Positions 25,979 through 38,098 of a DNA stretch of 62,251 bases are shown here, piece by piece; within the stretch, counting starts at the first letter, position 1, and each line of letters begins with the position of its first letter. Below the pieces are notes generated by a model. The model was not told the origin of the DNA, did no database searches, and was given only the letters and a program-made list of their open reading frames with translations. The translations under genes and the position numbers were made by a program. Source of the DNA: Nemertoderma westbladi (Eukaryota > Animalia > Xenacoelomorpha); contig JAUCBJ010001678.1 in assembly GCA_032718475.1 (NCBI GenBank), positions 1 through 62,251 of the forward strand, in the 5' to 3' direction.

Positions 25979-26816
25979 GTTCTACGTTAGACTACCAAGT
26001 AATTCCTGTCCAATTGATTTTCCCCGCAATAGCGCTAGTAATTATCAGATAAATTTCCACGGCGCCTTACCTATAAATCCAAACGAAAACTGGGTGGTAG
26101 GTATAAAAAGTATATTTTACTTAGCAACGTTGCCGTCCATGTATAACAATGTAGAGAATGTTATTTTATTAAAAAAAGGAAAAAAAAATTTTGAGGATAC
26201 ACTTCCATCCGGTTTGTTCTACAGTATCAATGACATTATAGATTATTTTAACACGGGGGCGTTGAAAGATAAATTACAAATAGTTGAAAATACTCAGCAA
26301 AATAGGTTGCAATTTATTTTAGGGAAAACTGTGCGAGAGTTATTTATAGGTCAACAATTAGCCTATTATTTTGGAATTACTGAAAATAATCTCGGCGCGA
26401 ATTTAAATCCAAATTTTAAAATTATTTTGAAGACGAAAAATAATATAAAGGGTTATTTAATAAAGGTTATCGGAAATGGAGAAAAAGCTTACCAGATGGT
26501 ATTTTTATGCCCTCAACCACCCAATTCTATTCCAGAACCTAAGACGAACATGTACGTGACTACTAATATAATTGAAAATCAATATATTAACGATTTTGGT
26601 TTAGCTTTACTTCGTCGTGTTGCGATACCTGATGATGTGAAATATGGTAGCGTAATAAATAAAGAATTTGTCAAGGATACAATTCATTATATCCCTGTAA
26701 AAAAATCATATAAGATAACATACATTCATATTGAAATAACAGACAAAGAAGGAAAAGATTTGAATTTTGAATACGGGACAACTTCTATTACCTTACACTT
26801 TAAACGTATAAATTAA
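25971..26816 (+). CDS. Minor capsid protein (penton) 2
   Basis: FYVRLPSNS...FPRNSASNY, MYVTTNIIENQYIND...LLRRV, YIPV and IEITDKEGKDLNFEYG..ITLHFKR. Confidence 0.88.
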   Translation: MDEFYVRLPSNSCPIDFPRNSASNYQINFHGALPINPNENWVVGIKSIFYLATLPSMYNNVENVILLKKGKKNFEDTLPSGLFYSINDIIDYFNTGALKDKLQIVENTQQNRLQFILGKTVRELFIGQQLAYYFGITENNLGANLNPNFKIILKTKNNIKGYLIKVIGNGEKAYQMVFLCPQPPNSIPEPKTNMYVTTNIIENQYINDFGLALLRRVAIPDDVKYGSVINKEFVKDTIHYIPVKKSYKITYIHIEITDKEGKDLNFEYGTTSITLHFKRIN

Positions 26817-26817
26817 A

Positions 26818-27381
26818 ATGGATTCTGATTTATTTCAAAGATACAGTAAACCTCAATATGGTGGTTCAGACTCTAATCTTGCTGTTTTTAAAGGTGGTAG
26901 AAGTACCAGAGGTTCGACGCAAGTTCCTGTTTTTTGAGGTGGTTCATATATTGACCCTTACGGTTAACAAATTGGCACATTTGGTCCAAACTTAAAACAA
27001 CGTCGTTTTCAGCGTTATCGTAGAGGTATGCAGGCAAATCAACACGGAGAAGGTATATTTACAGACGCCTTATCGACATTGAAAAAATTTGGTAAGCCAT
27101 TAGCTAAAAAAGTTTTACAGAAAGCTTTACCATTTACCACAAAATTTATGAGACAACACGTAATACCAAAAGGTAAGCGGGTCTTACATCAGCAGGCTAA
27201 TACGGTTATTAATAAAGCATTAAATAAAATGAAACCCTCAACAAGGTCAGTTGTAGAAAAAGTTTATAGAGATTTAAAGCGACCCGCTAGACCAATGTCT
27301 ATGAACATACATCATCGACGTAGTAATAAAAATAAAAAAATAAAGGGTAAACTGAAACACTGCGAAAAAAGTATTTTTTAA
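26818..27381 (+). pseudogene. Basic core protein (PZ-like) with Gly-Gly protease sites and two in-frame stops (26935, 26965)
   Basis: ATG at 26818 is in frame with ORF 27028-27381; QYGG, VFKGG and QHGEGIF motifs, then a basic amphipathic region; sits just before the major capsid gene. Confidence 0.75.
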
Positions 27382-27383
27382 TA

Positions 27384-28643
27384 ATGTCAATTATTAAGGA
27401 ATTAGATTTATTTTCTACACAGCCAATACAGACTGAATTTAAAGCAAAGCATTATGAAACAATTTACCCCGTATCTAATCTCAGAAGTGAATCTAGGGAG
27501 GTCACGTTCCTTGTACCGAGATCCAATGAATTCTATACGAAACTGCAAGACGCGTTATTAATTACAAAATGTACTGTACGCTGGGATAGACGACTTGAAA
27601 ACTCCCATATTTATATGCTGAATTACCCCGCTGAAACTATGTGGAGTGATATTAAAATAGACCTTAATGAGAAGCAGGTTGAAAATAGCAATAACCATTA
27701 TTTCTACAAGTCGTACTTATCCAATTTATTATTTACAACTTACGAGGATAAAAATGGGCTACTGGGTGCGGGTGGCTTTTATCAACCTTTATCTGAGCAT
27801 GGAAATGAAATTGATCCCGGTGCGCATCCTATTGCCGATGCCTTTAGTAAACAAATGCAATTTGTAAGTGGATTGATGATTGATTTTGATACTGAAACTA
27901 AAATAATACAACCCGGGTATGATTTAAGAATGCATTTTAGAAAAGTATCAAATTCGTTTATTTTTAAAATCACTCCAAACGCAAACGCTGTGACAAATCT
28001 TCGACTAGAATTAGATGAAATAAAGATTCTAATCCCTAGAATGGAGGTTAATCCTGTAATAGAAAGCAGTCACCTAAAAGGTTTAGAGAGTTACGATATT
28101 GAATATCAATTCCAAAAAAAGGAGGTGACAACATTTACTATTCCCTCTCAAACCACAAATTACACCCAAACAAACATATTTGATGGTAAAAAACCCAAAT
28201 TAGTTATTATTGGCTTCATAACAAATAACGCTTATTCGGGAGAATTAATTAGCAATCCCTTGAAATTTGAACATTTTAACCTTAGACGCGTGGAACTGAT
28301 TGTAGACGGTCTTCCAGTAGGGGGTGTAATATACGAGCCTAATTTTACAGATGGAACATATATTTTTGAGTATACTCAATTAATGAAGAACATTAATACA
28401 TATATTAACGGTTATGGAGGTAATAATATAGACCATGAAACCTACTTAGGTAATTGCCCCATGCTATCCTGGGACCTAACCGCCGACGGCTATGTTAGAG
28501 ATCCGCAACCGTCGATATATACTAACGGCCAATTAAAATTAAGATTTGCCGAACCGTTGGTTGAAACCATAAATGTAATCGTTTTTAATATTTATGATCA
28601 ATCATTAAGTTTAAATAGCAGGAAAGAAATACATATCGATTAA
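27384..28643 (+). CDS. Major capsid protein (double jelly-roll, hexon-like), 419 aa
   Basis: ELDLFSTQPIQT, FDGKKPKLVIIGF, AYSG..NPLKFEHFNL, WDLT and LRFAEPLVETINVIV are characteristic of Polinton MCPs. Confidence 0.92.
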   Translation: MSIIKELDLFSTQPIQTEFKAKHYETIYPVSNLRSESREVTFLVPRSNEFYTKLQDALLITKCTVRWDRRLENSHIYMLNYPAETMWSDIKIDLNEKQVENSNNHYFYKSYLSNLLFTTYEDKNGLLGAGGFYQPLSEHGNEIDPGAHPIADAFSKQMQFVSGLMIDFDTETKIIQPGYDLRMHFRKVSNSFIFKITPNANAVTNLRLELDEIKILIPRMEVNPVIESSHLKGLESYDIEYQFQKKEVTTFTIPSQTTNYTQTNIFDGKKPKLVIIGFITNNAYSGELISNPLKFEHFNLRRVELIVDGLPVGGVIYEPNFTDGTYIFEYTQLMKNINTYINGYGGNNIDHETYLGNCPMLSWDLTADGYVRDPQPSIYTNGQLKLRFAEPLVETINVIVFNIYDQSLSLNSRKEIHID

Positions 28644-28645
28644 GT

Positions 28646-29098
28646 ATGTTATCTACAGAGGACCTTGATATGTTTCCAGTGGGTGGTCACTATTTGGGCG
28701 CGTTTCCAGCTAATAAATTACCTAAATTAGATAATAATAAGTGGCAGGATTATGGCTTGATAATAAATACCGATAAAGAGCATCTGCCTGGGATTCATTG
28801 GATCACGATATATATACGAGATAATGAGGCCGAAGTATTTGACTCGTTTGGACCAAAATATCCAAACTGATGCATCGAAAAATGGCTTGAGAAAAATTCC
28901 GCAAGGTGGCGTACTACTCGCAAACAATTTCAAGACCCAAGGAGGACCACATGCGGTCTGTACTGTCTGTATTATTTGGTAAATCGTATTCACACAATCT
29001 ATCCAATGAGAGCGTTTACAAATAATGTGGAAATAAATGAAATAATATTATATAAATGGCTTGTTAATTATTATAAAATAAACCAACATGCGTTGTAA
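28646..29098 (+). pseudogene. Adenain-like cysteine protease with in-frame TGA at 28868-28870
   Basis: IINTD...GIHW, FDSFG and, past the stop in the same frame, QDPRRTTCGLYC (His/Asp/Gln/Cys set). Confidence 0.92.
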
Positions 29099-29129
29099 TT
29101 AATCATTTAACTTTTGTTTATCAGATAAA

Positions 29130-29731
29130 ATGGATAATATTATTTTTGTTGATTTTCAATATTATAAGATAGACAATAAGGAGTATCCGGTAGTATTTAA
29201 AGAATTTGCAATATATGATTCTAATTACACCAAAACTAATGTAAAGACGTTTTTAATTAAAGGCCCGTCTAATATTAAGTTATCAGCTTTAGATGCAGCT
29301 CACGTAAACAATTTACGGGATATGACTTCTCACTTGCCCTGGGACTACGGGACATTTCTCAAGATGACTTTAAAAAATATATGAAGAGACAATTAAAATA
29401 TAAAAAAAACATTCATGTATTTGGGTTGCTGAAGCGGGCAATATTAGTTTCCCAACTCGATGTTCTCGAGCCAAATTCGGTGGAGAAATTGGGAATATAT
29501 AAGCAATATCACGATTATTTAACGCCTTGTCGATTTCACGACCGATTCACTACAGTGGAAAGTAAATGCACGTTACACTTAAACATAAGGGATAACTGTC
29601 TGCGATACTGCTCAGCAAAACATGTTGGGGGGTATGAGGCTCTACACTTTTTCATGAGAAAGCGTTTAACTGCGACTGATGATGATGATGATAAACAGAA
29701 AGAAATAACTGCGGTGGAAGATGTACTGTAG
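29130..29731 (+). pseudogene. Putative DEDD/RNase-H-fold nuclease-like Polinton accessory protein, frameshifted near 29355
   Basis: IIFVDFQ...FKEFAI...FLIKGP...HLPWDYG continues in another frame as SQDDFKKYM...IHVFGLLKRAIL, then a Cys/His-rich tail. Confidence 0.5.
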
Positions 29732-31327
29732 GTTTACTCTAAGCATGTAATGTAATGTGATGGGATAATATAATTGTTTTAATGTCAATAAAAATAATAA
29801 AAACATTAAAATCTATTTTTTTTTATATCTCAGTTTGACTAAAGGTGTAGGGCTTAAGTTTACACACACACACACACACACACCCCCCCACCTATACGGG
29901 TTAACTATGGATTCTGTGGACAAGCTCACAACCAAGGGATCTGTGGACGTACTTATTTATTAAATATCTAGAGAACTATCCAACGAAAAGCCTTCAAATT
30001 TTCAAATTAGCTTCCTAATAAGTAATGGGAAATGTTTGCTTTTCAAAATTTAAAATTTTTCCAATATTTCAAAAATCATTTTTTTACATTCACTGTGCGG
30101 ACATTGCTTTTGGTGACGTCATAGTTATGTGTGTTGTGCCTGAGTGTGTTTAGTGATGTCCACAAACCCCAACTGGGGTCAAGACACATACGAAAATTAA
30201 TGTCCACAGTCCACAACTAGTGTAACACATACAGTATATGGGAAAGGAAACTGAAATGCTTTTTTTTATGCAACTTCATGGATATGATTCTAGTAATTGG
30301 ATTACTTGGCCAGGTCAGTCCATAGAGATAATGTTCTTTTATTGTTTTTATACACTCGTGAATAATTATTGTAAAAGTTAATATTTCCCTATTAGTTACC
30401 TAAGGACTACTTGTGGTACAAGTTTCCTTAGTTTACTCAGTTACTATAACAATGGGTTTTCACTTAGTCGATAGTGATAGCGCTGAACAATTCCCCCTGT
30501 ATCAATGCGTACAAGTTAGCATGTAGCAATTTGTTTTGAAAATACTTGCAGTCTCAAGAAATAAACCGTAATACTGCCATCACTGCTCAAAATATTCTTT
30601 TTTTCTGCGGGAAGACTAATTAATTTTAGGTTGTATATAAATACAAATAGAGTGGCGCACAACAATTAATGATATAACTCTTATCATTCAATTTTATTAA
30701 TTATGAATTTTATGCTTTAAAATTATTTGGACCCTTCTACAGTACGTATTGTAAGAGCAATAGACGCTAAGAATAGGCCTTATATAATAACCTAACGAAA
30801 ACACAAAATTCAAAATACTGCCCCTTGCGCACATCTGGGGACATTAGTTTTTGTATTGTTTTTCTGCAGACCATACGGTATGTAGTTGCAATGGACATTA
30901 AGAAAATTTTTTATATATTGACGAAAACACACCGTTCTAAATACTGCCCCTTGCGCATATCTGGGGACATTAGTTTTTTTAGTGCTGGGAGTATTATAAT
31001 AGGCCCTACGTATAGTTGCAATGAATGTTAAGAATATTTAATATATTAGCAAAAACATACCATTGAAAATACTGTCCTTTACGCACATCTGGGGACATTG
31101 GTTTTTGTATAGGTGAGATAGGCTCTACGTGAACCATGTCCTGGAATATAGTGTCGTCATTCAGGTCCCTGCCCCCCCCCCCCCAGGGTTTTTTCTAAAT
31201 ATGTTAGGGAAATTTATAAATGAAAATAGCGATTTATAAATTTTTATACTTGTTTAGAAATTGGTCACATAGAGACTAACCAATTCGCGCGGGAAGGTTT
31301 TAAACTTTACATGCATTTAACTCAGAA

Positions 31328-31674
31328 TATTATTTCTCATTTTTTCCTTCACTCAAAACCTATCTACACCGTCATTTTTTAATGAATTCGTTTGAAATTT
31401 TCAGTGAATGGTCTTGACATATTCACATATTGGCCATTGATCAGAAGACTAATGTTAACTAAAAAAATGAAAAAATATTAACTAAATGTGTTTTATTTTT
31501 GGCCGATATTTTCAGATTATCGGCTCAAAACATAACTTACGCTCGAAATTTCAAAATTCTGTCTACAAGTTTTATTGGTTAATGTCAAGACCATTCACTG
31601 AAAATTTCAAACTAATTGATTAATAAATGACGAAGTAGATCGATTTTGAATGAAGGAAAAAATTAGAAATAATA
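31328..31674. mobile_element. MITE-like inverted repeat (about 95-bp arms)
   Basis: GTTTGAAATTTTCAGTGAATGGTCTTGACAT pairs with ATGTCAAGACCATTCACTGAAAATTTCAAAC, and pairing extends outward imperfectly. Confidence 0.65.
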
Positions 31675-32100
31675 TCATCGCCCCGATGCTCTCTAATACG
31701 CTAACAGATGCACAGCTTCTACTGAATAAAGTGGAGAGGGCTGCTAGGGAGGTTGGATTGCTTATAAATGCTAAAAAGACCGAATTCATGACCTTTAATG
31801 TTGATGGAAACTTGACAACCATTGATAATAATAAACTAAGGAAGGTCGATGACTTCCAGTACCTTGGATCATGGATAGAGTAGCAAAAAGGACATAGAAG
31901 TTAGGAAAGCAAAGGCTTGGGTAGCTCTATCAAAAATGGATACCATCTGGAAATCAGATCTCTCCAGGCACCTGAAGACTAAGTTCTTTCGAGCCACAGT
32001 GGAAAGTGTATTTTTATACGGGGGTGAGACCTGGACACTGACTAAATCATTTGAACAACGAATTGATGGTTGCTACACAAGACTACTAAGGGCAGCCCTA

Positions 32101-34312
32101 CACTGAAAAAACGAACCGACGGTTGTTTAAAAAAAAACCACCGGTTTTCAAGAAAACCACCGATTAAATTGGGGACAAAAAAACGGCGGTTTATTTTGAA
32201 GAACCGGTGGTTAATTATAAGAGTATAAACTGGCGGTTGTTATGCTATTATAAACTGGCGGTTGTTATGCTATTATAAACTGGCGGTTGTTATGCTATTA
32301 TAAACTGGCGGTTGTTATGCTATTATAAACTGGCGGTTATGAAATTATAACTGGCGGTTGTTATGCTATTATAAACTGGCGGTTATGAAATTATAACTGG
32401 CGGTTGTTATGCTATTATAAACTGGCGGTTATGAAATTATAACTGGCGGTTGTTATGAAAACGGGCGGTTGTTATGAAATTCTAAACTCGTAGAAAAAAA
32501 ACCATGTTATAATATATTGAATTATTGACCCAATATATATTATAAACCAAAAATGGATATTATATTTATATACATAAAAAATATGTAATTAGATAGAGAA
32601 TAATTCTAATTATAACGAAAAAAAACAGCTCTTATCATAGTTTCCCAATATATATCACAATAATTGATGCATTATAGTTCAGTTAGTATTCCCGGCGGTA
32701 GGTCTAGTTCAGGTCTAATTCTAATTATAACGAAAAAAAAAACAGCTCGTATCATAGTTTCCCAATATATATCACAATAATTGATGCATTATAGTTCAGT
32801 TAGTATTCCCGGCGGTAGGTCTTGTTCAGGTCTAACTCATTTTCTATTTCTTGTATTCCTGCATCAAATGCTGGTCTCGAGCACTTCTTCGAAAATTCGT
32901 GCCGATATTCCATATATGGAAACAAATAAAGACCCCGTACATCCTTCACCCATGCGGCATCCTTTGATCCATAAAAGTAGACCCATAAACATTTACCCAT
33001 CTTTAATCCCGGAGGATCGGCCATGGCTGGTGGAGCAGAAATACGACCAGGCCATAAGTGAAATACAGCTGACTGCCTGACAGCTACGAAGTTTACGAAC
33101 GTGTTCGGCCTCATGTAAAACTTTTCAATAGGCTGATAGGCCTAGCTGCCTAGCGCTAGCACCTAGACTAATACAATACCGGTCTGCCGGTACCTGATAC
33201 AGTGATAGGGTCTACCCTACCCCTACAGCCAGACAGCGACAGCAGTACAGTTCTACAATATCGGCATCCGGCAGCCGGCCGCGGCCGGCCTAATCTATAA
33301 AATCACAACATCACACAGACATACCCTGCTAAGTCAGTAAGTAGCCTAAACTGCTAAATGTAAAATGCGTGGTTGGTTGAACGGTCAGACGGTTGTAGGC
33401 CTATGTCTGTATGTCAGTATGTTGCAGTGTTGTAGGCCTAATCCAGTATGTTGTATGAACTGTGCTGCTGCAGTGCTGTGCTGTACTGGCTGCTGACTGA
33501 CTGATAGAGTAGGCCCAATGCAGCAATGCAGTAATGGTGAATGGAGTACTGTCTGATTTACAGGCTGATAGGTACCAACTGTAACTCTCTAAGCTGTACT
33601 GTAAACTGCAGCAGCAGCAATGCACTCCACACTGTTAACTTTGTTCCATGCTGATTAAAAACAAGCGCTTAAATTTCGCTTAGCCAATCAAATGCGTCCA
33701 TCCTATAATTATTTATTTTCAAACAGTGAACAGATTACCGCCTTATTATTTGGAAAGATAAAGGCCTCCTCTGTTAAGGCGATTGGTTTATCATTTAAAT
33801 ACCACTATGTTGCGTATGCAATGTAAGGTATGGCGATTTCCGGCTGCCGCTATTGTTGTCCCTGTCCTTTAGTCTCTCTTGATCATGATGATGGTCTTGA
33901 TTGAAGATTGAGTAAAGAATGGTTTCTCACTAAAATCTAGTTTAGTTTACCGACACTTTTGTATTTCTTCAAACCGCCGGTTAATGGGAAAAATTCCTTT
34001 GGAAAACCGGCATTTGTCCGAATATAACCGCCACTTTTGTAATTTTCTTCAAACCGCCAGTTTTAAAGGAATGATTTCTCACTAAAACCGGCAGTAGCAT
34101 GATATAACCAACTGTTTGATATTTTGACTTATATTAACAATAAATTCACCTAAACTAACTCACTCATGAACCGGCAGTTTTAATTATCAACCGACGGTTT
34201 ATGAATGCCTTTGATTAACATTTTATGCTAACCCCGGTTTTGAAATTTCTACCAGCAGTACTTAAATACAACCACTGGTTAAAAATTCGACCGGCACTTG
34301 GTTTTTTCAGTG
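32101..34312. mobile_element. Non-autonomous CACTA/EnSpm-type transposon carrying a PWWP ORF
   Basis: Termini CACTGAAAAAAC and GTTTTTTCAGTG, 2-bp TSD TA, subterminal AAACTGGCGGTT / AACCGCC repeats; removal restores the RTE. Confidence 0.88.
32800..33114 (-). CDS. Stand-alone PWWP-domain protein (HDGF/LEDGF-like), 104 aa
   Basis: HLWPGRI...VYFYGSKDAAWV...LFPYMEYRHEFSKK..RPAFDAGIQEIEN parallels HDGF-type HWPARI..FFFGTHETAFL..LFPY..F..G..EIEN. Confidence 0.8.
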   Translation of the reverse strand: MRPNTFVNFVAVRQSAVFHLWPGRISAPPAMADPPGLKMGKCLWVYFYGSKDAAWVKDVRGLYLFPYMEYRHEFSKKCSRPAFDAGIQEIENELDLNKTYRREY

Positions 34313-35997
34313 TAAACATCAGCTGGAGACAACACATGACAAACGCCGAGCTTTATGGTACAATACCACCTGTATCAACCACCCTCCGTGAACGCAGATT
34401 AAGATTCAGTGGGCACTGCTGGCGAAGTAAAGACGAGGTCATACCAGATCTACTTCTCTGGCAACCAACTCATGGAAAGCGTAGTCGCGGACGACCTGCC
34501 ATAACATATATAGATCAACTTGAAAGGGATACTGAACTTGGGAGAAACGAAATTGCGACAACTATGGAGAATTGGGAAGCCTGGAAGGATCTCATTTCCA
34601 CTGTCCGAGTTCGCTCGACCTAGTAGTAGTAGTTGTAGTAACATTCATTGCAACTATACGTAGGACCTAAATAATACTCCCAGCACTAAAAAAACTAATG
34701 TCCCCAGATGTGCGCAAGGGACAGTATTTAGAATGGTGTATTTTCGTCAATATATAAAAAATTGTCTTAATGTCCATTGCAACTACATACCGTATGGTCT
34801 GCAGAAAAACAATGCAAAAACTAATGTCCCCAGATGTGCGCAAGGGACAGTATTTAGAACGGTGTGTTTTCGTCAATATATAAAAAATTTTCTTAATGTC
34901 CATTGCAACTACATAACGTATGGGCTGCAGAAAAACAATACAAAAACTAATGTCCCCAGATGTGCGCAAGGGACAGTATTTAGAATGGTGTGTTCTCGTT
35001 AATTTATTAATATTATTATATATTCTTAACGTCCATTGCAACTACCTACATAAGTAGAACGTAGGGCATAATATAATACCCTCAGCACTAAAAAACTAAT
35101 GTCCCCAGATGTGCGCAAGGGACAGTACACTATTTAGAATGGGCGTGTTTTCGTTAAATTATTATAATGTCTATTTCCACTACAGTACGTAGAAGGGTCT
35201 AAAAAATTAAAGGTATAAAATTAATGATATAATTAATATAATTCAATGAGGTTAATGTAATTTGAATGATAAGAGTTACATCATATATCGTTGTGCTCCA
35301 CCTTGTTTGTTTAAACATTAATTTAATTAGTGCCCCCGCTGAAAAAAAGTAGCAGTGGCCGTATTACGATATTTGTCCATATATTTTTTTAAAAATTTCT
35401 ACATGCTTGTATGCATAGTGCATGCGGGATTGTTTAGCACTATCGACTAAGTGAAAATCCATTGTTATAGTAACTGAGGAAAGTTGCACCACAAGGGGTG
35501 CTTAGGTAACTCATAAGGAAATATTAACTTTTACAATTATTCACGAGTGTATAAAAACAATAAAAAAACATTATCTGGGGATTGCCTGAGCTGCATTTTC
35601 TCAAAGACAGACCTGACTAACTAATCCATAAATAATTGAACATAACTCATAATATACTTAATTTCAACCACAAACCGGGGTCGTTAAAAATTAAGCTCAC
35701 TGGGGACATTGTGACGTCACAAAATGACGTAGATAATGTGTGTATACTTATCACTGTTATAGTGGGGACATCAATATTTACACCCCATACACACCGAACA
35801 CATACGAGTGCGGCTAAACACAAACAAAGTGGGGACTGAGCCTAAATACGGTGAAATTTCATATTTAGACTAATTTGGCAATGAAGATTTCGAATTTCCA
35901 GTCAGAACGTTCTGGGGACGTCCCCAGTTCGCGAAAGGTCCCCAGAACGTGGGTATTGTATGGCACTTACGTCCACAGTATGTAGCGTTAACCAGTG

Positions 35998-36127
<130 letters not shown>

Positions 36128-37068
36128 GCACCTACCGGTAGCCGGCGGTTGTATCAGAGTTTAACTACCAGTAGCTAGCTGATTTTACTACATATGCCAA
36201 CAACGCTAAACTGTAGAACGACAGAATGGCCCCAGACAGCAACCACAGAGCTTTAGCGTTACCGGTACCATACTTACTAATAATAAAATTAAATTAAGTC
36301 GACATGCGGGTTCGTGAATACAGCATTAGAGGAGGCCCACCTAACAATAGGCCTACTGGTACCGGCACGGTAGCACTCTTGTACCTGTATACTTGGATAG
36401 CGCAAGAGCATGCTGGTTTCTTTGATTTAAGGATTAGGCTATTACACTTGAATGCTTCCAATTTTCTGTTTACAACTTTAATTGGTCTAATCTACATTAC
36501 TGTGTGCTACTGTTGCATAGGTAAGCCTATACAGCTATAGTTAACTTTATGCGGGGCCCTTTTTCGCATGTTGACCCAATATGGTTTACGGATAGGTAAG
36601 GTACACCTTCATTCGGTTAGGCATATAGGCCTAATGACTACTCCTCAACTGAAAGCTGACTACCTCACAGACACAATAGGTGTAGTTAGGTACCGGTAGC
36701 GCTATTGGACCTATAAAATCCCCTCACACTCTCTGTTACTAACTTTCAACATTCACTTTATGTTGTATGCTATACCGTTAACCTTTAGAACACACACTAG
36801 GCGCACCTTCATTCAGTTAGGCATATAGGCCTAATGACTCCTCAACTGAAAGCTATCTAGCACATTGATACAATAGGTGTGGCTAGCAATATATAAAATT
36901 CACCGCGCCCAAGTTCATTCACTCCATGTTGTAGGCCTATATAAAACATAGTTAGTTTATTTATGTATTTGCTTTTTTTTTTAATTAGAATAGACAAAAT
37001 ACAAAAAACCTACTGATACCGGTAATACATTAACATTGAAACAAACAGACTGACTATTTATCTACTTG

Positions 37069-37395
37069 CTACTGGTGTGTTCTTGGATCTGTCGGAACAG
37101 GAGCTACTGACACTTCTTCTTCCCAGTGCTCACCCCCACTATAGTTATACAGATTTATCTGGTGAGCTTCTCCAGCCTGCACCCGAACGTTTAAACTAAA
37201 GTTTTTATTTGTAGACAATGTAGTTAGTCGACCTTCACCGCTCGTTTTATTTCTAACCATTATAGTAATCACTCCATTGTCATTTTTCAAATGTAATTCC
37301 ATTACATTTATCGATGTAAAAAAGAGCTCTTCCCCCTCGAGATCAAATTTTAGTAAACAGTCGCTATCTCTATTTCCAATAAATGCGAACGACAT
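37069..37395 (-). CDS. Polinton hypothetical protein (about 108 aa)
   Basis: ATG ORF MSFAFIGNRD... with a TATATATA run near 37558 upstream; no family recognised. Confidence 0.5.
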   Translation of the reverse strand: MSFAFIGNRDSDCLLKFDLEGEELFFTSINVMELHLKNDNGVITIMVRNKTSGEGRLTTLSTNKNFSLNVRVQAGEAHQINLYNYSGGEHWEEEVSVAPVPTDPRTHQ

Positions 37396-38098
37396 GTTGA
37401 TTGATTGATTGAATGTTTGATGGATCACCGCGACTGGAGTTTGGAGGTTAGTTGGAGTTTGGTTTTTTTTTGCAAGTACAAATACAAGTAGGTCTATACC
37501 GGTATTTTTTTTTATTTACGGTAACAAAATTATAGTTCACTGTTAGAAAAATTGAGTTTATATATATTTTTGTAAAGGGTCGCAGATGTGTACATTACAA
37601 AATTCACATAGTTAACAAAACGCACAACATAAACCTTTCCCATGAGGATTAGCGATATATGCTCTGTTCATTGTTCTATTCTGAATGTAGGGAGATGCAT
37701 AGCGGATGTTTTAATGATATGTACCGATATACAGACTAGTAACAGATAGGATGGCATCGTTTTTGACTATGAATACCAGCACATACCCCTAATCTTTTCT
37801 CACCGAGCTTAGCGTTGCCTGCTGTACACACGCACACTCAAGTAACAGATGCGCTATTGTGGCTCACTCGTGAGCAACAATGCCAAGTTAGCTAGCTAGC
37901 TAGCCGCGGCTGCTGAGTATACTATGTCTACTTGAGTGTTACAAGAAACAATCGCTCTACTGAAGTTAATTTCCCCCTCAAACTAGTTGTTGATTTTAAA
38001 AAAATATTCATAAATTTCTTCTCCCTTCAATTTAATATATATATTTTACAGTAAAAATCTCCACCACCAAACAGCAACAACAATAAATTTCATTCGTA

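Larger units (their letters stand above)
31676..34638 (+). mobile_element. 5'-truncated RTE LINE with (TAG)n tail, split by a CACTA element
   Basis: 31676-32100 and 34313-34623 join to LLRAALNISWRQH...RRLRFSGHCWR...GRP; tail TAGTAGTAGTAG. Confidence 0.92.
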
